A stretch of 64,000 nucleotides of DNA from Tubiluchus corallicola. Its lineage: Eukaryota; Animalia; Priapulida. This document shows positions 63,562 to 64,000 of the stretch, one piece after another (position 1 is the first letter of the stretch; each line of letters opens with the position of its first letter). Where the stretch lies: positions 36,505-100,504 of the forward strand of contig JAQGDQ010000365.1 in the NCBI GenBank assembly GCA_030141605.1. The letters run 5' to 3'. Position numbers and translations under genes: made by a program. The notes beneath the pieces were generated by a model. That model saw only the letters and a program-made list of their open reading frames with translations, had not been told where the DNA came from and did no database searches.

Positions 63562-63677
63562 GAGGCTTTTACAAGACTTATTTTTTTATTTTGTCAAACC
63601 CTCACTTGTATCAGTAAGCTGCAATTCTTCACTGTGCTGTTTTCAGTCTGAATAAGACTCTTTTACCTTACAAAGGT
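63562..63677 (+). mobile_element. MITE copy, short form (second of tandem pair)
   Basis: GAGGCTTTTACAAG...TTTGTCAAACCCTCACTTGTATCAGTAAGCTGC...CCTTACAAAGGT. Confidence 0.75.
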
Positions 63678-64000
63678 AGGGTTTCATATCATGGCTTAAG
63701 GCTTTTGAGTATTGCTAATTATAATAAATAACTCCGGTTATTATAATAATAGTATAAGTACATTAAGAATACCTGCTTAAAAGTGGCAGAACAGGAGACG
63801 AGGGATGGGTTAATGCAGTTCTGAGGTACTTATTAAATTAAAAAACCTGAGGCGAAACTCCTGTTTGCCTTCACCGTGGAAGCATAAGAAATACTCCAAG
63901 GACTAGAAGGCATGGGCATCGTTGCACGGATTGCAGAGAGTTACTGTAGAAACTGGTACTCCTGATGCAAACTCAAAGTTGTCTTTATGTAACTAATGCG

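Noticed and set aside
63965-63996. GCAAAC...TAA as a tmRNA tag frame
   Set aside because: Peptide ANSKLSLCN lacks the ALAA-type end and no tRNA-like tmRNA 5' end is visible.

Overview
Chromosomal housekeeping region of a Bacteroidota bacterium, probably Bacteroidia (Marinilabiliales/Prolixibacteraceae-like, inferred from gene content, TAnnTTTG promoter elements and A-rich leaders without Shine-Dalgarno sites). About 55 CDS: cysDN, ribBA, fmt, ssb-gldE-gldD, hisS, an ECF sigma triad, ychF, pdxJ, nadK-porG-uppS-bamA-skp-skp, a sorE-like/fsa pair, rmuC, obgE, adk, purE, a PhoBR-like pair with a PiT transporter, fba, rpsU-xerC-hpf, secG-groES-groEL, a DEAD-box helicase, dprA and a PorE-like OmpA protein. 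No rRNA, tRNA, CRISPR array or transposase was seen. The main signal outside the genes is a ~115-145 bp non-autonomous element (MITE) with more than 20 copies or fragments, present in most sizeable intergenic regions. It has 13-bp terminal inverted repeats (consensus GAGACCTTTGCAA...TTGCAAAGGTCTC, IS5-family-like), 5-bp target-site duplications on several copies, long and short variants and a strong orientation bias. Its left end carries an outward-reading ATG in an A-rich context that creates uORFs or N-terminal fusions at neighbouring genes. All alignments were done by eye, so boundaries of degenerate copies are approximate.
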